Source of the DNA: Pseudomonadota bacterium
GTDB lineage: Archaea; Thermoplasmatota; SW-10-69-26; JACQPN01; JAJPHT01
Assembly: GCA_021325135.1 (NCBI GenBank)
Contig: JAJPHT010000020.1
Coordinates: 64,001-128,000, forward strand
Length of the DNA: 64,000 nt
Direction: 5' to 3'
This document shows positions 10,535 to 19,863 of this stretch, piece by piece. The notes beneath the pieces were generated by a model. That model saw only the letters and a list, made by a program, of their open reading frames with translations, searched no databases and was not told the DNA's origin. Within the stretch, counting starts at the first letter, position 1, and every line of letters starts with the position of its first letter. A program made the translations under genes and the position numbers.

Positions 10535-11466
10535 CGCTGGGGCGCCGCCGGCGCGGGGGGCCTCGCAGCGCCCCTGCCCGAGCGGGCGGAGCGCCACGCC
10601 ACGAGCGCGACCGCGCCCCCGCCCACGAACCCCGCCAGCGCCGAGAGGACGCCCCCCACGAAGGGGATCCACGAGACGGCGACGAGCACGAGCACGCCCA
10701 CCAGGGCCCCGAGATACGGGTGCGCGGGCGTGGCGCGCCGGCGGTGGAGCAGAAGCTCGCCCACGCGGATGCCCACGACGACGTAGCCGAAGAACCACAG
10801 CAGCGGCAGCACCAGGAAGAGGACGCCCAGCGCGGTGGGGATGCCCACCAGCGTCGCGAACGCCAGGATGGCGAGGATGGGGACGCCGATCCACAGGATC
10901 GCGGCCGACAGGAGCGTCGCGCCCGGGCTTCCCGTGAGCGCGGCGCCCGCCGCAAGGAACTGCCGCGGCGCGAAGGCCGCCGCCAGGAGCCCCGCCACCA
11001 CGAGCGCCACCGACACGCCGACGCCCACGAGGATCCCCACGAAGGCGGCCCACCGCCCCAGCGCCGAGACCAGGGACTCGCCGTGGTTGACCGAGCCCTG
11101 CACCTGGGCGCCTGGCGCCTGGGTGAGCGTCGACTTGACGAGCGTCACGTCGCCGCGCACCAACGCCCCGTCGCGAAGGTCGGCGACGCCGCTCGTCACG
11201 ACGAGCGTTCCCACCTTCCCGCCCCCCAGCACGACGGCCGTGCCGTTGACGACGACCAGCGAACCCACGTCGCCCGCCACCGTCGCCGTGCCGTTGACGA
11301 CCAGCACGCCGCCCACCGTCTCGTTGGCCTGCACGCTCGCGTCGCCCTCGACGCGCAGGAGGAAGCCCTTGGCCGCAGGCGCGGGACCCGTGGGCTGGGC
11401 GGCCGCGAGCGCCGCGACCGCCAGAAGGACTGCCATCGCCAGAAGGGAAGCGCGCGTGGAGCGCAT
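10531..11466 (-). CDS. Secreted bactofilin-like beta-helix fused to C-terminal multi-TM domain
   Basis: Signal peptide, repeats VVNGTATVAGDV/VRGDVTLV, C-terminal TLVGIP...WIPFVGG helices. Confidence 0.7.
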   Translation of the reverse strand: MRSTRASLLAMAVLLAVAALAAAQPTGPAPAAKGFLLRVEGDASVQANETVGGVLVVNGTATVAGDVGSLVVVNGTAVVLGGGKVGTLVVTSGVADLRDGALVRGDVTLVKSTLTQAPGAQVQGSVNHGESLVSALGRWAAFVGILVGVGVSVALVVAGLLAAAFAPRQFLAAGAALTGSPGATLLSAAILWIGVPILAILAFATLVGIPTALGVLFLVLPLLWFFGYVVVGIRVGELLLHRRRATPAHPYLGALVGVLVLVAVSWIPFVGGVLSALAGFVGGGAVALVAWRSARSGRGAARPPAPAAPQR

Positions 11467-11667
11467 GCCGCCGCGCATGGCGCGCATGCGGCGGCCCACA
11501 GGAATACCCGTTCTCGCCCGGAACGCGATGGCGCGCCGCGCGGGCCCACGGCCCGGCTCGCCGCGCCCGGCCCGGGCCTCCCGCAGGCAGGGGACCTTTG
11601 GCCCCCACGGGAGGCCCGCCGCGCGGGTGTCGTCCCGCACGGCGGGGCTCCTGGGGTCTGTTGCAGA

Positions 11668-11985
11668 TCACGACGCGAAGCCGGTCTCTGCGAGGACTCC
11701 GTCCTGGTTCGTCATCGCGTCGGCCAGGATCATCGTGAAGAGCTCCCAGTGCGTCACGGGGCGCCCACGATGGAACGTCACGAGGCCCTGCATCGCGTCA
11801 AAGACCGCCTTGTCTTCTGGGCGGACGTTGATCGACGCGAGCCGCGGCGGAAGGGGCGTCTCCATGATCAGCGCGTGCGGATCGAACGGCATGTGCTGCG
11901 CGCCGGGCGCGGGGCCATCGAGCCGGAAACGGGCGATGCGGCGGACGAGCTTTCTGCGGGGGTGGTTCGGGTCCAGGGGATCCAT
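11668..11985 (-). CDS. Hypothetical protein
   Basis: ORF with normal residue composition, preceded by an AT-richer leader. Confidence 0.55.
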   Translation of the reverse strand: MDPLDPNHPRRKLVRRIARFRLDGPAPGAQHMPFDPHALIMETPLPPRLASINVRPEDKAVFDAMQGLVTFHRGRPVTHWELFTMILADAMTNQDGVLAETGFAS

Positions 11986-12106
11986 CGGTGCATGAGGCAT
12001 GCACGGGCCAAGTGGGCGTCCATGACGCGAACCTTATCCCGTTATCACAGCAAGTCTTGGTCCTGGGCGCTCTTGGCAACCCGATTCTGGGTTGCTTTCG
12101 TAATTT

Positions 12107-12151
12107 AGGACTCATAGGACTCGCACGAACCGTACGGCGCGTACGAACCGT
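12107..12151. repeat. Degenerate 9-mer tandem array next to a hairpin (12076-12095)
   Basis: aggactcat aggactcgc acgaaccgt acggcgcgt acgaaccgt; gcaaccc-N6-gggttgc. Confidence 0.5.
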
Positions 12152-12161
12152 CAGCCCCTGC

Positions 12162-13115
12162 TTACCCCACGAACCCGTGCCCCACGATGCGCTGGTTCGG
12201 GTTGTCCAAGTTGACCAGCACGACGCGGTCGCCCGCGGCGTAGGCCAGCGGCTTCGCAAGCTCGAAGGACACGCTGCCCTCCTTGCCCGGGCCGAGGTCG
12301 CCCTTCGCGCGGGCTTGGACGACCTGCCAGCCGTGGGCGAGGTGGTAGACGCCCTCGTTCTTGACGCCCGCCTTGAAGAAGGGCGTCACGTGGCACTTCA
12401 GCGTCACGACGGTCCCGGCGTCCGCCACGAGGAGAGAACCTTCGGGCGCCAGGACGTGGCCGCGGTCGAGGTCGTCGTTCTCGATGTTCTTGAGCGCGAG
12501 GCCCACGTGGTCCCCCGTGTGCGCGTCGGCCACGTCGACGTCGTGGACCTGGATGCTGCGGACCTGCGCGGCCTTGGCGGTGGGGTAGGCGCGGAGGTTG
12601 TCGTGCTTGTGGACGACGCCCTGCCGGACGAAGCCGAGGACGACGGCCCCGATGCCCTTGACGTTGAAGTGGTGGTCGACGGGGATGCGGACCGGCCCGT
12701 CGCGGCTGGGCGCCGCAATCTCGGCGAGCTTCGCGCGCACGGCGCTGGGCTTGTCGTCGGTGGTCACAGGGATTCCGGCGAGGCTCGTGCCCTTCAGGAG
12801 CGGCGCGATCTGCTCGGGCTGGATGTAGTTCTGGAGCACGATGAGCCCCTTGTCCAGGCCGGCCGCGGCGGCGGCGAGGATGCTCTCGCCCAGGTCGCGG
12901 TTGACCTCCTTGACGACGATGAGGACGGCGTCGGCGGCGTTGACCGCGTAGCAGAGGGGCTGCACCTTCTCGGGGTGGCGGAAGGGGACGACCATGCTCA
13001 CGGTGGTCTCGCCCTCCTTGAAGCTCATGAGCAGCACGTCGCTCTCAGTGCTCTTCTTGCCGAGCTCCTTGGCGTAGTCGAGGTTGCCGAGGACCCCGAG
13101 GGTGAGGGCGGGCAT
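12162..13115 (-). CDS. Archaeal SelB-like (EF-Tu family) protein with degenerate G-domain
   Basis: VDHHFNVKGIGAVVLG, VRSIQVHD, GDHVGLALK, LDRGHVL (domain II); no P-loop at the N-terminus. Confidence 0.85.
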   Translation of the reverse strand: MPALTLGVLGNLDYAKELGKKSTESDVLLMSFKEGETTVSMVVPFRHPEKVQPLCYAVNAADAVLIVVKEVNRDLGESILAAAAAGLDKGLIVLQNYIQPEQIAPLLKGTSLAGIPVTTDDKPSAVRAKLAEIAAPSRDGPVRIPVDHHFNVKGIGAVVLGFVRQGVVHKHDNLRAYPTAKAAQVRSIQVHDVDVADAHTGDHVGLALKNIENDDLDRGHVLAPEGSLLVADAGTVVTLKCHVTPFFKAGVKNEGVYHLAHGWQVVQARAKGDLGPGKEGSVSFELAKPLAYAAGDRVVLVNLDNPNQRIVGHGFVG

Positions 13116-13167
13116 CGAGGCGCGAGAGGTGGCCCGGTCTTAATGGTTTCCCGGTGGGCGCGGGGCT

Positions 13168-13671
13168 TCAGGCGAGGTCGGCGCGCGTGTCGAGGACGAC
13201 CGTCCCGGCGGCGAGGTCGCCCATGCGCTGGTCCAGCTCGGTGGTGCGCAGGCTCCAGGCGTCCAGGGCGATGAAGACGACGAAGAACGGCGTGACCCAG
13301 AGGAGCCGCAGCAGGTTGCGCAGGAAGCTCTCGAAGAGAGAGGGCTTGGCGCCGTCCATGCGCGCGACGCGCAGGCCGGCCACCATCTTGCCCGGCGTGC
13401 GGGCCCAGCGCGCCTCGAAGAGGGTGAAGTAGACGAGGCCGAGGCCGCCTTCGAAGATGCTCACGATCCAGAGGAGGCCCGCGGCGGGGCTGCGCTGGCC
13501 CAGCACGTCGATGTCCGGGATGCGCAGGACGCCCAGCGTGGCGAAGACGAAGGTGATGGTCCAGGCGAGGACGAAGACGATGGTGCTGTCCAGGGCGAAG
13601 GCGACGGCGCGCCGCAGGGCGCCTGCGGTCGCGGGGGCGCGGCGCTTCCACGCGTAGGCGGCCGCGCTCAC
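13168..13671 (-). CDS. RDD family membrane protein
   Basis: RRAVAFALD...YFTLFEARWARTPGKMVAGLRV...LRN...QRMGDLAAGTVV; GTG start overlaps upstream stop. Confidence 0.9.
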   Translation of the reverse strand: MSAAAYAWKRRAPATAGALRRAVAFALDSTIVFVLAWTITFVFATLGVLRIPDIDVLGQRSPAAGLLWIVSIFEGGLGLVYFTLFEARWARTPGKMVAGLRVARMDGAKPSLFESFLRNLLRLLWVTPFFVVFIALDAWSLRTTELDQRMGDLAAGTVVLDTRADLA

Positions 13672-14777
13672 GCGACGCCCTCCAGGTGGTGCGCGAGGCC
13701 GGCGCGGGGCGCGAGGGCCGCCACGAGCATCTTCGCGGTGGTGTTGGCCTCTCCCGCGTCCTGGAGCGAGGCGGGGGCGTCGCGCGCGGCCTCGGAGCGC
13801 TCGCGCAGCAGGGCGAGGTCGTGCTTGAGGGGGTCGGGCACGCCGTTGCCCAGCCACGCGGCGACGGCGGGCTCGCGGGCGAGGCTGTCGACGGCGAGCC
13901 AGCTCATGCGGACGCTGCGGTCGAACTGGCCCTCCTTGAGGGCGAGGTTGGAGGAGGCGATGCCGGCCAGGGCGCGCTCCAGGCCGTTGGGGCGCTCGAC
14001 GCGGAGGAACGACTCGCGGACCTTGCGGCTGTCGCGCAGGGTCAGGGGCGGGCCCGGGTACGGGGGCGCCACGGGCGCGTCGGCGGCGGGCTTGCGCTTC
14101 ATGCTCACCACGGCGCCCAGGTGCAGGGTCATGGCGAAGGCGCCCGCGAGGAACACCATGTCGAAGACGCCCGCGCCGCCGATGCTGATGATGGTGTTCT
14201 CGGAGGCGGAGGCGAAGTAGGACGCGATGTCGCGCACGTGGAGGAGGTCGGCCCCGATGAGCGCGCCCAGCGTGCCGCAGGCGTAGGCGATGGGCGCGCC
14301 GCGGCTGGGCTTGCGGAAGGAGACGGCGAGGGCGAAGACCAGCGCCACGGCGACGGGGAGGAAGAACTCGGGGTAGCGCGCGACGATGCCGGTTCCCGGG
14401 TCGAAGCTCACGATGCGCCATGCGGCCAGCGTCACGAGCGCGGTGCCCACGAGCGTCGGGAGGATGGGCAGCTTGCGCTTGTGGATCCACCACCCCACGA
14501 GCATGAGGGGGACCAGCGTGCCGCCCACGTTCACCGCGAGGTAGGTGCCGCCGTACACCGCGACGGGGATGTTGACCGCGCCGCCCGCGATGCTGCCCAG
14601 GGTGAGGAAGGCGACCTCGCGGCCCGAGAAGCCCACCTCGCTGAAGAGGTCGGCGCGGCGGCGGAAGAGGAGGAAGATGAGCCCCAGGCTGGCGAACGCC
14701 ATGAAGAAGCTCCAGGGGACGTCCTGGAGCTGGACGGGCAGCCCGTCGGCCGCGACGAGCACGGGGATCGCCTCCAT
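13668..14777 (-). CDS. DUF1614 family membrane protein with C-terminal helical extension
   Basis: VNIPV, LAVNVGG, GTLGALIGADLLH, SIGGAGVFD motifs. Confidence 0.85.
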   Translation of the reverse strand: MEAIPVLVAADGLPVQLQDVPWSFFMAFASLGLIFLLFRRRADLFSEVGFSGREVAFLTLGSIAGGAVNIPVAVYGGTYLAVNVGGTLVPLMLVGWWIHKRKLPILPTLVGTALVTLAAWRIVSFDPGTGIVARYPEFFLPVAVALVFALAVSFRKPSRGAPIAYACGTLGALIGADLLHVRDIASYFASASENTIISIGGAGVFDMVFLAGAFAMTLHLGAVVSMKRKPAADAPVAPPYPGPPLTLRDSRKVRESFLRVERPNGLERALAGIASSNLALKEGQFDRSVRMSWLAVDSLAREPAVAAWLGNGVPDPLKHDLALLRERSEAARDAPASLQDAGEANTTAKMLVAALAPRAGLAHHLEGVA

Positions 14778-14873
14778 CCTCGGCCCGGAACCACGGTGGG
14801 TGCCCTCAAATCCCTTTCCTCACCCGAGGGGGTCACTCCCAAGGCTTTTGAGGCGCCCCTCGGGTCCGGCGGC

Positions 14874-15200
14874 GTGGCGCGCTGGGTGCGGTGGGTCTTC
14901 GAGGCGCAGGCGCCCGCCGACGAGTTCCAGCGCCTCCTGGAGCGCGGCCTCACGCTGCGGGGCGTCGCGGTGGAGCCCGCGGAGCACTTCCACTTCACGG
15001 CCCGCGCGCTGGGCGCCCGCGCCTTCGTGGAGATCGCGTGGGCCGAGCAGGGGCTGGAGGTGCGCGTCAAGCTCAAGGCGGGCCTCTTCGCGAGCTCCAA
15101 GGGGTTGGAGCGCCTGCTGCTGGAGGCGGGCCGCGAGGCGCAGGCGCGCCTCCTTCCCAACGGCCCCCCGGGGCGCATGCTGAAGGACCCGACGGCTTGA
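14874..15200 (+). CDS. Hypothetical protein
   Basis: GTG start, high GC3, stop overlaps next ATG. Confidence 0.6.
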   Translation: MARWVRWVFEAQAPADEFQRLLERGLTLRGVAVEPAEHFHFTARALGARAFVEIAWAEQGLEVRVKLKAGLFASSKGLERLLLEAGREAQARLLPNGPPGRMLKDPTA

Positions 15201-16243
15201 TGGCCGGGCCCCGGCATCGCGGCCGCGTGCTGCGCTGCCCGGACTGCGGCCGCGACGTGCCCGAGGTGCTCGGGGCGGACGCCCAGGAGTGCCCCCACTG
15301 CGGCGCGGAGGTGCTGGCCTTGGGCCCGGCGCCGCGCGCGGAGGGCGCGGGCCTCGTGGACGCGGCGGGCGCGGCGGCGGAGGCGTTCCGCTTCGCGCGG
15401 CGCCACTACGGAGGCGTGCTCCTCCTGTGGGTCCCCGCGCTGGTGGTGGACGTCGCGGCGGCGCTGGGCGTGGGCTACTACGAGGCCTCGCACCCCATTC
15501 CGGCCGCGGGCGATCCGGGCGCGCAGGCCGCCGCGCTGAGCTACCTGGGCGTGGCGCTCCCCAGCTTCCTGCTCCTTGTGGCGCTCAACCTCGCGCTCTT
15601 CGCGCCCACGGGCGGCTACGTCCTCGACCGCACGGGCGTCACGCCCCCCGGCAAAAGCGCCCTGGCGGCCGCCGCGCGCGCGCCGCTGCTCCTCCTTGCG
15701 CTGGGGCTCGTGCTGACGCTCGTCTACCTGGGGGGCGCGCTCCTGGCCCTGGTGGGGCTCCTGGTGTTCTACCACTGGTTCCAGTTCGCGCCCGTGGCGC
15801 TCGCCCACCGGCGCAAGGGGCTGGGCGACGCGTTCGAGGCCAGCCGGCGCTTCGCCCGCGAGCGGCGCGTCTTCGGCTTCACCGCGCTCTCCTTCTTCGC
15901 CCTCCTCGCGGCGTTCCTCGCGCAGGTCCTTCTGTCGGCGGGCGCCGACGCGCTGCTGCGCCTCCTCCACGCGCAGAACCTCTGGACGGAGGCCGTGGCG
16001 GGCTGGGCGCCTGCGTGGCTCGTGACGCCCTTTCTGGCCATCCTGCCCGCCGCGTACTGGTCCCTGGCCGAGCGCGCGCCCGCGCAGGCGGCAACTCCGG
16101 CGGCCGCGCCAGAGGCCGCCCCCTCCGGGGGCTTCCGCACGACGAAGTGCCCGCAGTGCGGGACGCTGGTGCCCTACGTGGCCACGGGCGCGCCCGTGGA
16201 CGTGGAGTGCCCCGTGTGCGGCCGCAAGGGGCGGGTCCTCTGA
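15200..16243 (+). CDS. Membrane protein with N- and C-terminal zinc ribbons
   Basis: CPDCG...CPHCG at N-terminus, ~6 TM helices, CPQCG...CPVCG at C-terminus. Confidence 0.75.
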   Translation: MAGPRHRGRVLRCPDCGRDVPEVLGADAQECPHCGAEVLALGPAPRAEGAGLVDAAGAAAEAFRFARRHYGGVLLLWVPALVVDVAAALGVGYYEASHPIPAAGDPGAQAAALSYLGVALPSFLLLVALNLALFAPTGGYVLDRTGVTPPGKSALAAAARAPLLLLALGLVLTLVYLGGALLALVGLLVFYHWFQFAPVALAHRRKGLGDAFEASRRFARERRVFGFTALSFFALLAAFLAQVLLSAGADALLRLLHAQNLWTEAVAGWAPAWLVTPFLAILPAAYWSLAERAPAQAATPAAAPEAAPSGGFRTTKCPQCGTLVPYVATGAPVDVECPVCGRKGRVL

Positions 16244-16247
16244 GGGC

Positions 16248-16472
16248 TCACTGCGGCGTGTGGATGATTTGCTTCACGGCGTTGATGGCGTCCGCGGCGC
16301 TGGGGACGTACACGTAGGTCGGATCCGTCAGGGGCAGGCCCGAGCCGCAGAGGGCGTTGATGGTCGCGACGGCGTTGTCTCCCGAGCGGAAGTAGAAGCA
16401 GCAGATGGCGCTCTCCCGGTCGGAGTGGACGGCGGCGAAGGTGGGCTTCGAGTAGGGGCTCATGGTCTCCAT
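16248..16472 (-). CDS. Small hypothetical protein
   Basis: GGAGG SD, 74-aa ORF METMSPYSKPTF... Confidence 0.6.
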   Translation of the reverse strand: METMSPYSKPTFAAVHSDRESAICCFYFRSGDNAVATINALCGSGLPLTDPTYVYVPSAADAINAVKQIIHTPQ

Positions 16473-16548
16473 CCTCCGGGGGGCATGATCCGCAGGGGGG
16501 ATCATGCTTTGGGGCCAACGTTGCCGGGCGTGGTGGACTGTTACGCGC

Positions 16549-17472
16549 CTATCCCACGAGCCCTTGCCTCTCCTTGACGCCCGTCACGACGACGTGGATG
16601 GTCCCCACGCCCGCGCACTTGGGGTCCAGGGTCCAGCGGTGCGCGCCCCGCGCGGCGGGGGCCTCGTCGGTGGCGGCGCCTGCGCCCAGGACCTGCGCGT
16701 GGGCGAGGGGCTGGCCCGCGTCGTCCAGGAGCGTGGCGTCGCAGGCGCCCGCGGTCCACGCGATCGAGAGGTGGGCGCGCACGCCGGAGTCCGCGGGGGG
16801 CACGTCCAGCGGCATGGGGAGCGGCAGGCTCGTGGGCGCGGAGTAGCGCAGGGAGGCCAGCGTCTCCTCGACGTAGTAGAGGCCGTGGTAGTTGGCGCCG
16901 AAGCCCGTGAGGTCCGCCACCAGGACCTGCTGGCCCCCCTTGCCGGGGTCGACGATCTCCAGGTGCGTGAGCCAGCCGGGGGTGGGCGCGTAGTCGTAGC
17001 GCGCGAAGGTCTGCCCCAGGCTGGAGGCCTCCACGTGGAAGCCCACCTCGGGGCCCGCCCCGGGGACCTGGATCGTGGCGGCGTGCGCGGTGGCGCGGGC
17101 CTCGTGCCCCCAGAAACGATAGCTCCACGACTGGCCGTCCGCGAGGGGCAATTGGAGCATGGGCCAGACCTCGTCGGCGATCTCGGGGTTGAGCCCGCGG
17201 GTGAGGTTGCCCAGGAAGGGGAGGCCGAAGAAGCCGTAGGAGGCGTTGGAGCCCAGGGTGAAGCCGTCGGGCTTCACGCGGTCGACGATGAGGTCCATGT
17301 CCACGCTGAGGTTGCCGTGGAGGGTGGCGTGATAGCTCCACCAGTCGCCGGCCTGCCAGCGCTCGGCCTTGAGGAGCGGGGCGGCCTGGGGCGAGACGGT
17401 GGGCGAGGCCGCGTGGTCGAGGCAGCCGGCGAGGAGCAGGACGGCGAGCAGCAGCGACGTCGCGGCGCGCAT
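16549..17472 (-). CDS. Hypothetical lipoprotein
   Basis: LLLAGC lipobox; WQAGDWWSY motif. Confidence 0.75.
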   Translation of the reverse strand: MRAATSLLLAVLLLAGCLDHAASPTVSPQAAPLLKAERWQAGDWWSYHATLHGNLSVDMDLIVDRVKPDGFTLGSNASYGFFGLPFLGNLTRGLNPEIADEVWPMLQLPLADGQSWSYRFWGHEARATAHAATIQVPGAGPEVGFHVEASSLGQTFARYDYAPTPGWLTHLEIVDPGKGGQQVLVADLTGFGANYHGLYYVEETLASLRYSAPTSLPLPMPLDVPPADSGVRAHLSIAWTAGACDATLLDDAGQPLAHAQVLGAGAATDEAPAARGAHRWTLDPKCAGVGTIHVVVTGVKERQGLVG

Positions 17473-17677
17473 CTCGCTCCAGCGTGCGCGGGCGAGGCTT
17501 CAGCTTTGGGGGTGCGACGTGCCACGGAAAGGGCGTCGGAAGCCGCCCGCTCCATGATCAACCCGAGGCTCCTCGCGGACGCCCGACTGGCCGCCCTTGG
17601 CAGGATGGGTCCTGCAAGCGCTTAGGTCGTCGTGGCTTGATGGTCATGCCTCTGCTGCAGAGACGGAGGAGAAACCC

Positions 17678-19180
17678 TTGTCATCCCCGGTCCGCGTTTT
17701 CGCCGTGCTGACGTTGCTCTCGACGCTGGGCGCATCCCTTCCCTCCGCAGCCGCGGACACTGACGACAGGCCGATCCAGACGGTGCTCGCTCCCGTCCCG
17801 GTCATTGATCCGCGGGACCCTTGCACCTCGCCACAGCCCTCCGCCTTCTCGTTCCAGCTCGGCACCGGCATCGACGCCAATGAGAACGTGCTTCCTCAGG
17901 GGACGGTCGATCCGGCGTGGACCCTGTCCAGTCGCCCGCTGAGCATGTTCGGCGGAGCCGGCCCGGGGATCGCGCGGGTGGCAGAGGTCTACCCCGGCTG
18001 GACGCCATACACCTTCTGGCCGTACCACGCGGCCTGGATCACGTCTGCGCCCTCGGGTGAGATCGACTTCTCGGGGACTTACGTCTACGAGCGCGAGTTC
18101 TACGTCTCGCCGCGGGCGCAGAACGTGCATCTCGACGTCGTCTACGCGGCGGATGACGGCGTCACGCTCTCCCTGGTCCAGCCCGGCGGAGCGGCGACGC
18201 TGCTCCTGGCCGACACGCCCTCAAACGCCTTCGCGCAGTGGCAAAGCGCTCCGGACCAGGCCCTTGCCAACGCAGGCCAGTTCGTCCTCGTGGCGAAGGT
18301 CACGAACATCCCCATGGGGGGCATGCCGGACGAGAACCCCACGGGTCTTCAGCTCGGCGTATCGCTTGCGGGCGATTGCGCCCCCCTGATCCGTCCCGCC
18401 AATCCCGACCCCTGCCAGCCGTTCCCCGTCAGCTTCTACGTGGAGCTGGGCACCGGTCGCGACTTCAATGGCGCCCCCCTCCCTGGCGGGCAGATGGACC
18501 CCTTCTGGCAGGCAGACAGCTACCCCAAGGGGGGCGCGACGATCGCGGGCGCCGCCTACAGCCATGGCGTGGACCCGGCGCCGGGCACGTTGGCGCCCAA
18601 CCCGACGTTGGAGACGTCCTGGATCAACCCCAATCCAGTGGGGCTCGAAGGCGACTTCGGCAACTACCAGTACAGCCGGCTCCTCGACGTTCCCCAAGGG
18701 TCCTACAATGACCAGCTGAGCATCTCCTTTGCCGCGGCTGGCCAGCCGTATTTCTTCCTCCTTGTGCCAATGGGTGGCGGAACGCCGATCCAGATTCCAG
18801 CCGGCGCCGGGAATTATTGGAGCTGGACCTCTCTCGGCCCCGTCTCCGTGAGCCCGGGTCTCTATCGGCTCGAAGCGCACGTGGGCTACAACGAATACGG
18901 GCCTTTCGTGGGCCTGGACGCTTCCGTCGTCCTCACGGGCACCTGCTCGGGCTCCACGACCCTCGTCCCCAGCCAGCAGGTGGGTCCGACGCCAGAGATC
19001 GGACCCTTGGTGACGCCGGAGGTGCCCGGGGTTTGCGTGCCCCTTCCGCCCGTGGGGGTGCCCGGTGGCGTCGTCCCCGCGCCGCCCCCCATCATCTGCC
19101 TCGGCTCCATTCCGGCGCAGCAGCTTACGCCGCCCATCCCGCCCCAGTCGTTCGTCACCCCGCCCATCGTCATCCCCTAG
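17678..19180 (+). CDS. Secreted protein with two repeated beta-sandwich domains and Pro-rich tail
   Basis: GGAGGAG SD + TTG, signal peptide; duplicated LGTG.D.N...LP.G..DP.W motif; lower GC3 than neighbours. Confidence 0.7.
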   Translation: MSSPVRVFAVLTLLSTLGASLPSAAADTDDRPIQTVLAPVPVIDPRDPCTSPQPSAFSFQLGTGIDANENVLPQGTVDPAWTLSSRPLSMFGGAGPGIARVAEVYPGWTPYTFWPYHAAWITSAPSGEIDFSGTYVYEREFYVSPRAQNVHLDVVYAADDGVTLSLVQPGGAATLLLADTPSNAFAQWQSAPDQALANAGQFVLVAKVTNIPMGGMPDENPTGLQLGVSLAGDCAPLIRPANPDPCQPFPVSFYVELGTGRDFNGAPLPGGQMDPFWQADSYPKGGATIAGAAYSHGVDPAPGTLAPNPTLETSWINPNPVGLEGDFGNYQYSRLLDVPQGSYNDQLSISFAAAGQPYFFLLVPMGGGTPIQIPAGAGNYWSWTSLGPVSVSPGLYRLEAHVGYNEYGPFVGLDASVVLTGTCSGSTTLVPSQQVGPTPEIGPLVTPEVPGVCVPLPPVGVPGGVVPAPPPIICLGSIPAQQLTPPIPPQSFVTPPIVIP

Positions 19181-19196
19181 GGCTCCTTCAGGGTTC

Positions 19197-19233
19197 GAGC
19201 CCGCTGAAAAGGCTGGCGCGCCGGAGCGGGCTC
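19197..19233. terminator. Hairpin between convergent genes
   Basis: gagcccgct...agcgggctc inverted repeat. Confidence 0.35.
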
Positions 19234-19244
19234 CGAGGACCGTG

Positions 19245-19853
19245 CTAGCGCGGCGGCTCGTCGGCGGGGGGCTGCGACGCCTCGCCCTGCGGGAACGCGC
19301 TGAGCTTCTGGTTCCCCTTCTCGTCGGTGGTGGGGAGCTTCAGGCCCACCTTGTCGGCGAGGAAGTGCTTGATGCCCTCGCGGTCCGCGGCGGGGATGCC
19401 GAAGTACTCGGGGAAGCGCTCCGAGGTGACGAGGAGGAAGCTTCGCTCGTGGACGCGCTTGCGGACGAGGCCCGCCTCGGTCAGCTCCGCGATGTGGTCG
19501 TACACCTTGGGGCCGACCATGTCCTTGAGGTCGCTTTGCAGCACGGGCTGGTGGTACGCGATGAGGGCCAGCGTCTTGAGGAGCTTGAGGGGGATCTCCA
19601 TGGGGGCGAGCTTGGTGGTGCTCGGCGCGTAGGCGGTGCGCACCTGCATGCCCCACTTGTCGCCGGCGCGACCGATCTCCAGCGCGCTGTGCGCGGCGGC
19701 GTAGCGCGCCTGCAATTCCTTCAGCGCGCCGGGGACCTTGCGTTTGTCCAGGCCGGCGTTCTCGGCGATCTCCTCGACGCTCACGGGCTTGCCGGCGCTG
19801 AAGAGCGCGGCCTCGACGACGAGGACGGGGTCAAGCTCAGCGTCGTCGGTCAC
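19245..19853 (-). CDS. scpB: SMC-Scp complex subunit ScpB
   Basis: VVEAALFSAGKPV, LKTLALIAYHQPV, F.EYFG; downstream of scpA (alternative start 19877). Confidence 0.92.
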   Translation of the reverse strand: MTDDAELDPVLVVEAALFSAGKPVSVEEIAENAGLDKRKVPGALKELQARYAAAHSALEIGRAGDKWGMQVRTAYAPSTTKLAPMEIPLKLLKTLALIAYHQPVLQSDLKDMVGPKVYDHIAELTEAGLVRKRVHERSFLLVTSERFPEYFGIPAADREGIKHFLADKVGLKLPTTDEKGNQKLSAFPQGEASQPPADEPPR

Positions 19854-19863
19854 GAGAAGCGCC

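Noticed and set aside
12070-12100. Hairpin downstream of the SelB-like gene as a SECIS element
   Set aside because: No in-frame UGA selenoprotein nearby and no clear archaeal SECIS GAA/A internal loop.
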